From positions 4,700 to 68,699 of the forward strand of contig JAEYZI010000079.1 in the NCBI GenBank assembly GCA_023428065.1: a DNA stretch of 64,000 nucleotides, read 5' to 3'. Shown here in pieces: positions 39,623 to 48,873 of this stretch (the stretch's first letter is position 1; each line of letters starts with the position of its first letter). Both the position numbers and the translations under genes were made by a program. Source of the DNA: Actinomycetes bacterium. GTDB taxonomy: Bacteria > Actinomycetota > Actinomycetes > Actinomycetales > Microbacteriaceae. Below the pieces are notes generated by a model that saw only the letters and a program-made list of their open reading frames with translations, was not told where the DNA came from and did no database searches.

Positions 39623-39630
39623 GTCTAGAC
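39623..39630. promoter_or_regulatory. Island box A: ctagtaGTCTAGACcacttc (HutC/DasR-like operator)
   Basis: AT-rich box about 95 nt upstream of the ThDP enzyme start. Preceded on the minus strand by the hairpin TTCGGGCG-N6-CGCCCGAA (39645-39666) after the CoA-transferase beta gene. Confidence 0.55.
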
Positions 39631-39674
39631 CACTTCCGGGAAAGTTCGGGCGTTGTCACGCCCGAAGATCGAGG

Positions 39675-40472
39675 TCAGACGCGCAGCAGCGCGTTGGTGG
39701 GGTCGATCTCCTCGCGGATGGCGCGGAGAGCGGACTCCGGCACGCCGGGGGACTCGGTCAGCCCCTCGACGATGTCGGGCTCGAACGACATCCGCGAGAG
39801 GACGTCGTCGAGGGTCACCCCCGGGTAGAGCGACGTGAGCCGCATCCGCCCCGACGGCGTGAAGTCGAACAGGGCCATGTCGGTCACCACGAGCTCGGGG
39901 CCGCCGCCGTCGTAGCCCAGGGACTCGCGGGTGCGCACGCCATCGCCGTAGCCGAAGCTCGTCACGTAGTCGACCTTCTCCACGAAGACGCGCGACGACA
40001 GGTCGGCGACGATGATCGGACGCCGCACGAAAGCCAGATGCTCGGGCTGCGCGAGGCAGCCGACGAGCCGCACCGTGGGCGTCTCCCCCACGCCGATCCG
40101 CGTGATGTTGAGGTTGCCGTAGCGGTCGATCTGCGCCGCGGACTCGAAGCTCACGTCGAACTCCCCGCGCACGAGCATGTCGACCTTGGAGCCGACGTCG
40201 GCCGGCGCGTGCGCGCCCGGCCAACGCGTGATGGCGTCCTGCGTGAGACGCTCCGGCACCTCCGAGAGGTCGGGGCTCAGCAGGTTGCCCCAGTAGATGT
40301 CGAGATCCGGCGCGTGCCGCAGCTGGGCGAGACGCGCCGCGACGAGCGGCACACCCACCGCGAGGGTGAAGGCGCGACCCGAGGTCCCGACTCCGACGAA
40401 GACGAGTTCGCCGTCGCGCAGCACCTCGCTGATCGCGAAGGCCATGAGCTCGTTGCGCGTCGCCTCAGCCAC
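39675..40472 (-). CDS. Class I CoA-transferase beta-subunit-like protein (GctB/IpdB-like)
   Basis: GGAGGTG RBS then GTG. QIDRYGNLN and LVVTDMALFDF...IREEIDP segments typical of GctB/IpdB. No (S)ENG/ESG glutamate motif seen. Confidence 0.8.
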   Translation of the reverse strand: MAEATRNELMAFAISEVLRDGELVFVGVGTSGRAFTLAVGVPLVAARLAQLRHAPDLDIYWGNLLSPDLSEVPERLTQDAITRWPGAHAPADVGSKVDMLVRGEFDVSFESAAQIDRYGNLNITRIGVGETPTVRLVGCLAQPEHLAFVRRPIIVADLSSRVFVEKVDYVTSFGYGDGVRTRESLGYDGGGPELVVTDMALFDFTPSGRMRLTSLYPGVTLDDVLSRMSFEPDIVEGLTESPGVPESALRAIREEIDPTNALLRV

Positions 40473-41346
40473 GCTTCACCTCCAGGCTCGTGAGCCGCTC
40501 TCGTCCGACCGCGTCGAGGTACGCCTCGTGGTCGGCCACGTCGCGCACCGTCTCGGCCAGGTAGGCGTCGAAGCCCCCTTCGCGCTTGCCCGCCGCGACC
40601 CAGCGCTCGAGCTCGGCCTCGTCCTCGTCGTAGATCGTGTCGCAACTGCCCGGATAGGCGCCGAAGGGCGCCTCGCACACCGCCGCGACCTTCGTGTGCG
40701 GGATGTAGGTGAGGTTCGGGCGGCGCACGACCTCCGAGTGCGGGATGATCCGCTCGACCGACACCACGAGGCGCCGCGAGCCCGCGGCCATGATGAGGTC
40801 CTCGTCGTCGCTGTCGCGATGCGCCGGCCACACGATGTTGCCGAACTCGTCTCCCGCGTACGCGTGCAGGATCGTCGAATCGGCCCGCGCCGCCGCGGTC
40901 GCGTGCAGCTCGACACCCGTGTACGGGCACGTCACGCTGCGCACGTCGTCGCGCTCGCTCATCGAGGTGCCGCGGATGGGCTTCACCGGCAGGAACGGCA
41001 GGCCCATGGCCGCGGCGCGGAACTTCGCCGTCATGACCGACTCCGAGTGGTCGGTCACGGCCACCTCGCCGCGCTCGACCGCCCGGCGGAAGTTCGGCGC
41101 AGCGCCCTGCCACCACATCCCGACGTAGATGCCCTCCCAGGCGCGCACGCAGCCCGCTCCCACGAGGAGGTCGGTCGCGAGGCTCGACGCCCACGTCAGG
41201 AGCGTGAGGTCACGCACCTCCTGCCGGACGAGCTCGCGCGCGAGGGCGAGCGGCTGCCTGCGCAGCAGCGACCCTCCCACGGCGACGGTGTCGCCCGACG
41301 AGACGAGCGACGCCGCCTCCGCGACGGATGTCAGTTTGACGCGCAT
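40465..41346 (-). CDS. Class I CoA-transferase alpha-subunit-like protein (GctA/IpdA-like)
   Basis: SGDTVAVGG N-terminus, GLPFLPVKPIRG, VVSVERII: GctA/IpdA-like pattern. 8-nt overlap with the beta gene. Confidence 0.8.
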   Translation of the reverse strand: MRVKLTSVAEAASLVSSGDTVAVGGSLLRRQPLALARELVRQEVRDLTLLTWASSLATDLLVGAGCVRAWEGIYVGMWWQGAAPNFRRAVERGEVAVTDHSESVMTAKFRAAAMGLPFLPVKPIRGTSMSERDDVRSVTCPYTGVELHATAAARADSTILHAYAGDEFGNIVWPAHRDSDDEDLIMAAGSRRLVVSVERIIPHSEVVRRPNLTYIPHTKVAAVCEAPFGAYPGSCDTIYDEDEAELERWVAAGKREGGFDAYLAETVRDVADHEAYLDAVGRERLTSLEVKRG

Positions 41347-41353
41347 GCCGACC

Positions 41354-42082
41354 TCAGTGCTCGAGCACGCGGCGCAGGAACTGCTGCAGGCGCGGGTTGC
41401 TGGGCGACGTGAAGACCTGCTCCGCGCTTCCCTGCTCGCCGATCACGCCGCCGTCGAAGAACAGCACGCGGTCGGCGGTCTCCCGCGCGAAGCCCATCTC
41501 GTGGGTCACGACGAGCATCGTCATCCCCGCGGCGGCCAGCTCGCGCATGACCTTCGTGACCTCGCCCACGAGCTCCGGGTCGAGGGCGGAGGTAGCCTCG
41601 TCGAAGAGCATGACCTGCGGCTGCAGAGCGAGCGCGCGAGCGATCGCGACGCGCTGCTGCTGTCCACCGGAGAGCTGCTGCGGGTACGAGCCCGCCTTCT
41701 CGGCGAGCCCGACGCTCGTGAGCGCCGACATGGCGCGCTCGGTGGCGTCCGCCTTGCTGAGCTTCTTGACCTTGCGGAGCGCGAGGGTCGCGTTCTCGAG
41801 AGCCGTGAGGTGCGGGAAGAGGTTGAACTGCTGGAACACCATGCCCACGTGCTGGTGCACGAGGTGGGCGCTCTTGGGGTCGTGCACGGGGACCCCGTTC
41901 ACGACGATCTGCCCCGAGTCGATGGTCTCGAGACCGTTGATCGTGCGCAGAAGCGTGCTCTTCCCCGAGCCGCTGGCGCCGATGACGGCGATCACCTCGC
42001 CCTTCTCGACCTCGACGCTCACTCCCTTGAGCACCTCGTTGTCGCCGAAGCGCTTCCGAACGTCTGTGACTTGGACGATCAC
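41354..42082 (-). CDS. Amino-acid ABC transporter ATP-binding protein
   Basis: GAGGAG RBS then GTG overlapping the permease stop. Walker [29 protein letters not shown]. Confidence 0.9.
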   Translation of the reverse strand: MIVQVTDVRKRFGDNEVLKGVSVEVEKGEVIAVIGASGSGKSTLLRTINGLETIDSGQIVVNGVPVHDPKSAHLVHQHVGMVFQQFNLFPHLTALENATLALRKVKKLSKADATERAMSALTSVGLAEKAGSYPQQLSGGQQQRVAIARALALQPQVMLFDEATSALDPELVGEVTKVMRELAAAGMTMLVVTHEMGFARETADRVLFFDGGVIGEQGSAEQVFTSPSNPRLQQFLRRVLEH

Positions 42083-42753
42083 GCGACTACTCCTCTTTTC
42101 CGGATGATCCGCCTCTCGAGGCCTCCAGCGAGGAGCGAGAGCGGGTAGTTGAAGGCGAAGAACAGGGCGGCGATGACGAGGTAGACCACGAACGAGTTCG
42201 CGCCGCGCTCGATGATCGCCTGCCCCTGGCGGACGATGTCGGAGAATCCGATCACCGACGCCAGGACCGTGTTCTTGATGAGGGTCAGGTACTGGCCGAA
42301 CAGGGGCGGCAGTACCACGAGCGTGGTCTGCGGAAAGACCACGTCCTTGTTGGTGTGGAAGCGCGAGAGCCCGAGGGTCCTCGCCGCCTCGCGCTGGCCC
42401 GGAGGCACCGACGCGAATCCGGCGCGGAACACCTCCGAGATGTACGCCCCCTGGTAGAGGGTGATGGCGATGGCGCTCGCGATGAACACCGAGACCCAGT
42501 CGAGGCGCAGGTACGCCGCACCGAAGTAGACGAACATGAGCTGGATCAGCAGCGGAGTGCCGCGGAACAGCTCGAGGTACACGCGCAGCACGACGTCGAG
42601 CACCGGGATCCGCGAGTAGCGGGCGAAGCCGACGAGGAATCCGACGACCGTGCTCGTGATGATCGTGACCGCGGAGAGCGCGAGCGTCGCGAGGAGGCCG
42701 TTCCAGAGGAGCTCGCGGCCGGCCCAGATCGCCTCCCATGCGTTGCCGTTCAT
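42079..42753 (-). CDS. Amino-acid ABC transporter permease
   Basis: 224 aa, 5 TM, EAA loop ([28 protein letters not shown]). Confidence 0.85.
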   Translation of the reverse strand: MNGNAWEAIWAGRELLWNGLLATLALSAVTIITSTVVGFLVGFARYSRIPVLDVVLRVYLELFRGTPLLIQLMFVYFGAAYLRLDWVSVFIASAIAITLYQGAYISEVFRAGFASVPPGQREAARTLGLSRFHTNKDVVFPQTTLVVLPPLFGQYLTLIKNTVLASVIGFSDIVRQGQAIIERGANSFVVYLVIAALFFAFNYPLSLLAGGLERRIIRKRGVVA

Positions 42754-43505
42754 CGGCTATCCCCCTTCGACTGAGCGCGAGGCGACTTCGCCCCGGCGCT
42801 GAGGCCCGTCTGGTCGACGAGCCGGCTGCCGCGCAACCGGAACCGGAACCGCACGGGTGCGGCGATCGCGGGCTTGAATGCGTACCGGGCGAACACGGAG
42901 GCCGCCAGCGACACGAGGTTGGTGAGCACCAGGTAGAAAAGCATCGCGAACGCGAAGACCGCGAGCGTCTCGTAGGTGGCGGCGTTCACACGGCGTGCCG
43001 CGCCGGTGAGCTCGTTGACCGCGATGGCCGACAGCAGCGAGCTCGCGAGGATGAGGTCGATGAACCGGTTGACGATCGGCGGGAAGACCGTGCGGATCGC
43101 CTGCGGCAGCACGACGTTGAAGAAGGTCTGCGCGGGTGCGAGCCCGAGCGTGCGGGCAGCCTCGAGCTGGGACCGCGGCACGGAGCCGAGGCCAGCGCGG
43201 ATGATCTCCGCCAGGTAGGCACCCGCGTTGACGCCGAGGGCGATGATGCCGGCGACGATCGCGGGCAGTCGGATGCCGATCGACGCGAGGCCGAAGTAGA
43301 AGATGAAGATCTGGACCAGGACGGGGGTGTTCCAGAGCACCTCGACGTAGATCGAGCCGATAGTGCGCAGGATGAGCAGTCGCGATCGTCGCGCGAGGGC
43401 GACGAGAACGCCGAGCACCAGCCCGAGGGCGAAGGCGACCGTGGACGTCCACAGGGTCACCCATGCCCCGCTGATGAACAGCTCGATGTAGTTAAGGAAG
43501 TTCAT
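42750..43505 (-). CDS. Amino-acid ABC transporter permease
   Basis: Starts at the internal ATG ([10 protein letters not shown]). EAA loop ([28 protein letters not shown]). Confidence 0.85.
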   Translation of the reverse strand: MNFLNYIELFISGAWVTLWTSTVAFALGLVLGVLVALARRSRLLILRTIGSIYVEVLWNTPVLVQIFIFYFGLASIGIRLPAIVAGIIALGVNAGAYLAEIIRAGLGSVPRSQLEAARTLGLAPAQTFFNVVLPQAIRTVFPPIVNRFIDLILASSLLSAIAVNELTGAARRVNAATYETLAVFAFAMLFYLVLTNLVSLAASVFARYAFKPAIAAPVRFRFRLRGSRLVDQTGLSAGAKSPRAQSKGDSR

Positions 43506-43591
43506 GGTTGGGACCGATCTGAGGCGACGGGGCTCCGGGGCGCGGGTGGCGGATCCGGACGGATCCACCACCCGCGCTCAGGTTGGGACGG

Positions 43592-44464
43592 TCAGTCCTC
43601 CAGGCCGGAGAACGCCTCGGCCGGGGGCTTCGTGCCGAACCACTTCTCGTAGAGCGCCTTGCCGCGCTCGTTCGCGTGGAACTCGGCCATGAACTCGTTG
43701 ATCGCCTCGAGGAGCGTCGAGTTGCCCTTCTGGACCGCGAGGGCGTAGGTCGAGAGCTCGTCACCGTCGACGAGGCCCGGCAGCATGCGCATGGTGTCGT
43801 CCTCGCTCACCTTGTAGGAGAGCTGGAACACGCCGTCGATGATCGCGTCGGCCTGGCCCTGCTGCACCGCGAGGAGGGTCGCCACCTGCGTGTCGTAGTA
43901 CTGCTTGGTCGCGTTCGGGAACGCCGCGTCGGCGAGAGCCTCGCCGCGCGTGCCCTTCTGGACGGCGATGGTCGCGTTGGCGAGCTCCTCGATCGACTCG
44001 ATCGACGATCCCGCGGGAACCGCGACACCCTGGAAGGCGTTGATCTCGCCGACCTCGGCGAAGTCGACCTGCTCCTGGCGCTCCGGCGTGACCGTGAGGG
44101 TGAAGGAGATGACGTCGGCCTGGCCGCTCTGGAGGGTGGGGATACGGGCGTCGGCCGAGACCTCGAAGAGGTTCGCCTCGACCCCGAGGTACTCGGCGAG
44201 CTCGAGGGCGACGTCGATGTCGAAGCCCTCGGGGTTGCCCGAGTTGTCCTTCATGCCGAAGGGCGGCGTGGTGAGGCCGACGCCGATGTTGATGACGCCG
44301 CGCTTCTGGATGTCGGCGAGGGTGCTGCCCTTCGCGTCCGTGTCGTCGCCGCCGGCCGACGGCGCGTCGCTACCGGCGCAGGCCGTGAGCAACGCGACGA
44401 TCGCGCCGCCCGCGAGGAGGGCGGCCAGCCGACGCTTCGGCGATCGGGTGGAATGGTTCCTCAT
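43592..44464 (-). CDS. Polar amino-acid-type ABC transporter substrate-binding lipoprotein
   Basis: Lipobox LTAC. Family-3 SBP body (GVINIGVGLTTPPFGMKD, FDIDVALELAEYLG, DVISFTLTVTPER). Confidence 0.85.
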   Translation of the reverse strand: MRNHSTRSPKRRLAALLAGGAIVALLTACAGSDAPSAGGDDTDAKGSTLADIQKRGVINIGVGLTTPPFGMKDNSGNPEGFDIDVALELAEYLGVEANLFEVSADARIPTLQSGQADVISFTLTVTPERQEQVDFAEVGEINAFQGVAVPAGSSIESIEELANATIAVQKGTRGEALADAAFPNATKQYYDTQVATLLAVQQGQADAIIDGVFQLSYKVSEDDTMRMLPGLVDGDELSTYALAVQKGNSTLLEAINEFMAEFHANERGKALYEKWFGTKPPAEAFSGLED

Positions 44465-44538
44465 GATGGCTCTCCTTTGAGCAGGCCGAGCGGAGATGCT
44501 CGGGGTGGTGGGGACGGGATGTCGTCGCCGAGAAAGTC

Positions 44539-44546
44539 ATATAGAC
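44539..44546. promoter_or_regulatory. Island box B (minus strand): ctagtcGTCTATATgacttt
   Basis: AT-rich box about 75 nt upstream of the SBP start, in the 160-nt gap after the lactonase gene. Confidence 0.5.
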
Positions 44547-44624
44547 GACTAGGCGACGCTCTGAGATTACGCGATTGATCCGCCGTGTCAAGTCGAACCT
44601 CCAGTAGACCATCGCCGGAGGGTG

Positions 44625-45485
44625 TCACCGCACCAGCGGGACCGCCGGAAGCGTCGTCGTGCGCACCCGATGCAGCCCCGTGGCGGAGGTCACGTAGAGG
44701 TCGTGTCCGTCGCCCCCGAACGCGACGTTCGTGACGACGTCGGGGATCTCGATGCGCAGGAGCTCATCGCCCGTGGGGGCGAGCACGACGAGCGCATCGT
44801 GGCTCGACGTCCAGATCCGCCCCTCGACGTCGACGCGGAAGCCGTCCGCGTGACCCGGGTCGACGAGGTCCCGGCCCCCCGAGCACGCGCCGTCGACGAC
44901 GTCGTAGACGCGGATGACATCCGGGATCCCCGGGTCGCGATCCGAGCCCGTGTCGGCGACGTAGAGCAGCGACTCGTCGGGTGAGAACGCGAGGCCGTTG
45001 GGATGCACGATGTCGGTGATCACGGCGCGGAGCTCGCCGCTCGCCTCGTCGTAGCGGAACACGAAGCACCCCTCGTAGTCCTTGACCCCGTCGTTGCCGC
45101 GACCGAGGCCGTAGGGAGGGTCCGTGAACCAGATGGCGCCGTCGGAGGAGACGACGACGTCGTTGGGCGAGTTGAAGCGGCGCCCCTCGAAGCGGTCGAC
45201 GATCGGCGTGACGACCCCGTCGACGTCGCGTTCGATGCGACGCTCCTGATTGGAGCACTGCACGACCGCGCCGCCGAGGTCGACCGCGCGCCCGTTGACG
45301 AAGCCCGCCGCCGGGTTGTGGACCGTGACCTCGCCGCTCGCCGGGTCGTACTCGAGGATGCGGTTGCGGGGGATGTCGCTGAAGCGGAGGACGCCGCGGT
45401 CCGCGAGCCAGGCCGGCCCCTCGGCCCACCCGGCCTCCTGCCAGAGGGTCTCGAGTCGGGCCCCGGGTGCGATGAGTTCGATCAT
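44625..45485 (-). CDS. SMP-30/gluconolactonase/LRE-family lactonase
   Basis: EGPAWL, RFNSPNDVVV, IWFTDPPYG, PNGLAFSPDE, GFRVD: six-bladed propeller lactonase motifs. Confidence 0.85.
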   Translation of the reverse strand: MIELIAPGARLETLWQEAGWAEGPAWLADRGVLRFSDIPRNRILEYDPASGEVTVHNPAAGFVNGRAVDLGGAVVQCSNQERRIERDVDGVVTPIVDRFEGRRFNSPNDVVVSSDGAIWFTDPPYGLGRGNDGVKDYEGCFVFRYDEASGELRAVITDIVHPNGLAFSPDESLLYVADTGSDRDPGIPDVIRVYDVVDGACSGGRDLVDPGHADGFRVDVEGRIWTSSHDALVVLAPTGDELLRIEIPDVVTNVAFGGDGHDLYVTSATGLHRVRTTTLPAVPLVR

Positions 45486-45507
45486 GGCGCCAGGCTACCG
45501 GCCACAT

Positions 45508-45515
45508 GTATAGAC
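45508..45515. promoter_or_regulatory. Island box C (minus strand): ctagtaGTCTATACatgtgg
   Basis: In the divergent region between the lactonase (start 45485) and the MmgE/PrpD-family gene (start 45600). Confidence 0.5.
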
Positions 45516-45599
45516 TACTAGTCCAATATTCGCCCGGCGAGGTTGCCGCGTCCGCTCCGCGGTGCTGACGGCCTCCGCAGGTCCCCGAGGAGCACGCAC

Positions 45600-46967
45600 A
45601 TGGCCGACATCATCAGCCCGACGACCGCCCGTCTCACCGACTACGTGGCATCGGCGCTCGGCACCGAGCTTCCGGACGACGTGCGGGAACGCACGCGCCT
45701 GCACCTGCTCGACACGCTCGCCGCGATCGTCTCGGGCGCGATCCTGCCCGCCGGCATCGCCGGTCGACGCTACGCCGAGACCGTGTCGGGCACCCCCTCC
45801 GCCTCCCTTCTGGGCTCGAGCGCGGTGTCGGACCCCGTCGGCGCGGCGATCGCCAACGGCATGGCCGCCCACGCCGACGAGTCGGACGACTCGCAGGAGT
45901 CGGGACAGATCCACCCCGGCTGCGGCATCCTGCCCGCCCTCCTCGTGGCCTCCGAGCTCACGCCGTCGACGGGGACCGACCTCGAACGAGCCGTCGCGCT
46001 CGGCTACGACCTCGGGTCGCGCTTCGGCGAGCTGCTCCAGGACGTCATGGACACCTTCCGCTCCTCCCCCGCGACCCACGCCTGGGGCCCCCTCTTCGGC
46101 GGCGGCTTCGCCGCGGGCGCCCTCAGCCGCTTCGACACGGACCAGCTCGTCACGCTCTTCTCGTACCTCACCCAGGAGGCCTCGGGGATCACGACGTGGC
46201 CGCTCGACAACCAGCACGTGCTCAAGAGCTACGTGTTCGGGGGGATGCCGTCCGGCGCCGCGGTGCGCGCCCTGCGCTTCGTGCAGCTCGGCTTCTCGGG
46301 CTCGGGCGACGTGCTCGTGCCCGAGCGCCGCAACCTCCTCGATGCGCTCGGCATCGCCCCGGAACGCGCCGGGCACCTCGTCGACCGGCTCGGCGAGCGC
46401 TGGATCATGCGCGAGAGCGACATCAAGAGCCACACGGTGGGCTTCCCCGTGATCGCCCCCGTCGGCGTCGTCGAGCGTCTCGTCGCCGAGCACGAGCTCC
46501 GCGCCGACGAGGTCCAGCAGATCCGCGTGCACTACCACGAGGACTGGTACACGATCACGGCGAAGAGCCCGATGCCCGACGTGAACCTCCCCTACTGCCT
46601 CGCCGCGACGATCGTCGACGGCCGCCTCTCGTTCGCGGCCTCGCACGACACGGCCCGCATGTCCGACCCCGCGATCACCGCCCTCACCGACCGCGTGCGC
46701 CTGCTGCCGCCCACCGACGGGCTCGACCGCTTCGACGTGCGGGTCGAGATCGACACGACGCGCGGGACGCTCGCCGCCGAGCAGAACGGCCCCATCCTCG
46801 GGCGGGCGGGCAACCCCATGAACCGCGAGCAGGTCGAGACCAAGGCCCGCGAGCTCCTCGAGCCCGTGCTCGGACACCGCACGGAGGCGCTCGTCGCCGC
46901 CACGCGCGACCTCGAGGCCGTGCGCGACGTGCGCGACCTCATCGCGCTCGCACGTCCGGAGAACTGA
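45600..46967 (+). CDS. MmgE/PrpD-family protein (paralog of prpD, specificity unknown)
   Basis: Starts at the internal ATG (MADIISP) with a GAGGAG RBS. Family pattern (LLDTLAAIVSG, NGMAAHADESDD, HPGCGILPALL). Confidence 0.85.
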   Translation: MADIISPTTARLTDYVASALGTELPDDVRERTRLHLLDTLAAIVSGAILPAGIAGRRYAETVSGTPSASLLGSSAVSDPVGAAIANGMAAHADESDDSQESGQIHPGCGILPALLVASELTPSTGTDLERAVALGYDLGSRFGELLQDVMDTFRSSPATHAWGPLFGGGFAAGALSRFDTDQLVTLFSYLTQEASGITTWPLDNQHVLKSYVFGGMPSGAAVRALRFVQLGFSGSGDVLVPERRNLLDALGIAPERAGHLVDRLGERWIMRESDIKSHTVGFPVIAPVGVVERLVAEHELRADEVQQIRVHYHEDWYTITAKSPMPDVNLPYCLAATIVDGRLSFAASHDTARMSDPAITALTDRVRLLPPTDGLDRFDVRVEIDTTRGTLAAEQNGPILGRAGNPMNREQVETKARELLEPVLGHRTEALVAATRDLEAVRDVRDLIALARPEN

Positions 46968-46995
46968 CCCCGGTCGAACCCAGGAGGAGCCCCGC

Positions 46996-47772
46996 ATGCC
47001 TTTCACGCTGTCCGCCAACGTCGACGTCCTCTTCACGGAGGCCGGCGACGTGCCCGCACGCATCGCCGCCGCCGCCGACGCCGGGTTCGAGGCCGTCGAG
47101 TTCTGGACCTCGTCCGACCGCGATGTCGACGCCATCCGACGGGTGGCGACCGACCGCGGCGTTCAGGTCACCTCGATGCTCGCCGAGCCCCGCACCAACA
47201 TCACCTTCCCCGACGTCGACCTCGAGGCCTACTACGACGGCGTCGCGGCGACCGTCGACCGCGCGCGTCAGCTCTCCTGCCCGCGGATCGTCGTGAGCGG
47301 CGGCACGGGCTACATGCGCACGAAGCGTCCCGCGCAGCTCCAGCAGGTCGTCGACGTGTACTCCGAGATCGTCGCGCGCACCGAGGGATCCGGCGTCGAG
47401 TTCATGCTGGAGGCGTTCAACGTGCGCGTCGACCACCCGGGCGCGCTGCTCGACCGTACGCGGGATGCCGTTCAGGTGGTGCGCGCGGTCGACTCCGAGC
47501 GCTTCGGCATCATCTACGACCTGTACCACTCGATCACCGAGGACGAGGACCCCGCGAGCATCTTCGCCGAGGCGGGCGACGTCATCCGCTATCTGCAGAT
47601 CGCGGATGTGCCGGGCCGCGGCGAGCCGGGCTCCGGTTCGATCGACTGGCCGGCCCTCTTCGGCACGATCGCCGCGACCGGCTACGACGGGTACATCGGG
47701 CTCGAGTTCTACCCGACGAAAGCGACCGCCGAGGCGATCGCCTACATCCAGCAGGTCAACGCCGCGAGCTGA
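46996..47772 (+). CDS. Hydroxypyruvate-isomerase-family TIM-barrel protein (Hyi/OtnI-like)
   Basis: 258 aa. FSANVDVLFTE N-terminus, GFEAVEFW, YLQIADVPGRGEPG, GYIGLEFYP: Hyi-family signature. Confidence 0.8.
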   Translation: MPFTLSANVDVLFTEAGDVPARIAAAADAGFEAVEFWTSSDRDVDAIRRVATDRGVQVTSMLAEPRTNITFPDVDLEAYYDGVAATVDRARQLSCPRIVVSGGTGYMRTKRPAQLQQVVDVYSEIVARTEGSGVEFMLEAFNVRVDHPGALLDRTRDAVQVVRAVDSERFGIIYDLYHSITEDEDPASIFAEAGDVIRYLQIADVPGRGEPGSGSIDWPALFGTIAATGYDGYIGLEFYPTKATAEAIAYIQQVNAAS

Positions 47773-47796
47773 GCGCGCGACGCCTCGCGGGCGGAC

Positions 47797-48777
47797 TCAG
47801 CCGAGCCGCTCCGCGAGGCGGTCGTACGCGGCGTCGATCACCGGGTCGACGACGCGGCGCTCGCGGAGCTCGTACCAGTCGAGGATGTCGCGCGACCCCT
47901 CCTCGAACGTCGTCGTCGCGACCCATCCGGGCACGAGGGTGCGGATCTTCGTGTTGTCGAACCACACCGAATGGGCGTAGTCGCCGAGCAGGCGACCGCG
48001 GAACTCGGGGAGCTCGCGCGCGATCGTTTCGCTCGCGACGTGCACGATCCGCGGCTCGACGCCGAGCCGACGGGCGAAGGTGTGCACGATGCCGTTCCAG
48101 GTCAGGTGCTCGTCGGAGGTGATGTGCACGGCCCCGCCGAGGGCGTGCGGGTTGCCGAGCAGTTCGACGAAGGCGCGCGCGAAGTCGCGCGAGTGGGTGA
48201 GGGTCCACCAGGAGGTGCCGTCGCCGTGCACGACGACGGGCTTGCCCGACAGCATCCGGTCGAGCGCCGTCCAGCCGCCGATGAGCGGCATGTTGCCGCC
48301 GTCGTAGGTATGGGAGGGGCGGACGATCGTGGCGGGGAAGCCGTCCTCCCGGTAGGCGGCCGCGAGCAGCTCCTCGCCCGCGATCTTGTCGCGCGAGTAC
48401 TGCCAGTAGGGGTTGCGCAGGGGCGTCGACTCCGTGATGGGCAATTGCGCCACGGGCTTCTGGTACGCGGATGCGGACGACAGGAAGACGTACTGGCCGA
48501 TCCGTCCGCGGAAGGCCTCGATGTCGGCGGCGACCTGCTCGGGGCGGTAGGCGCGGAAGTTCACGACCGTGTCGAACTCGCGACCGGCGATGGCCTCTCG
48601 GATGCTCGCGGGGTCGTCGGCGTCCCCGCGCAGTTCGACCGCGCCGGGCGGCACGGGGCGGGCTCGGTTGACGCCGCGATTCACGAGCGTGACGTCCCAG
48701 CCGCGTTCGAGAGCGCGGCGCGTCACCCACCACGAGATGATCCCGTTGCCCCCGATGATGAGCGCCCGTCCTCGCAT
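47797..48777 (-). CDS. NAD-dependent epimerase/dehydratase-family (extended SDR) protein
   Basis: GGAGAGGA RBS before ATG MRGRALIIGGNGIIS (Rossmann). YxxxK region (YQYSRDK). Confidence 0.8.
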   Translation of the reverse strand: MRGRALIIGGNGIISWWVTRRALERGWDVTLVNRGVNRARPVPPGAVELRGDADDPASIREAIAGREFDTVVNFRAYRPEQVAADIEAFRGRIGQYVFLSSASAYQKPVAQLPITESTPLRNPYWQYSRDKIAGEELLAAAYREDGFPATIVRPSHTYDGGNMPLIGGWTALDRMLSGKPVVVHGDGTSWWTLTHSRDFARAFVELLGNPHALGGAVHITSDEHLTWNGIVHTFARRLGVEPRIVHVASETIARELPEFRGRLLGDYAHSVWFDNTKIRTLVPGWVATTTFEEGSRDILDWYELRERRVVDPVIDAAYDRLAERLG

Positions 48778-48826
48778 CGCCGCGCGTCCTCTCCGTCGCG
48801 CCATCGCGACACGAAGTCATGTAGAT

Positions 48827-48834
48827 GTCTAGAC
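48827..48834. promoter_or_regulatory. Island box D: gtagatGTCTAGACtattgg
   Basis: In the divergent region between the extended-SDR gene and the Ldh_2 gene. TAGACT overlaps a -10-like hexamer. Confidence 0.55.
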
Positions 48835-48873
48835 TATTGGGCGATTCAGCCGGTCGCAAAGCAGAGGAGTCCC

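Noticed and set aside
45600-46967. Second prpD as a redundant methylcitrate dehydratase.
   Set aside because: There is no prpB/prpC partner, the sequence differs, and it is under the island-specific box rather than the GTATAC operators. It is called only as an MmgE/PrpD-family protein of unknown specificity.
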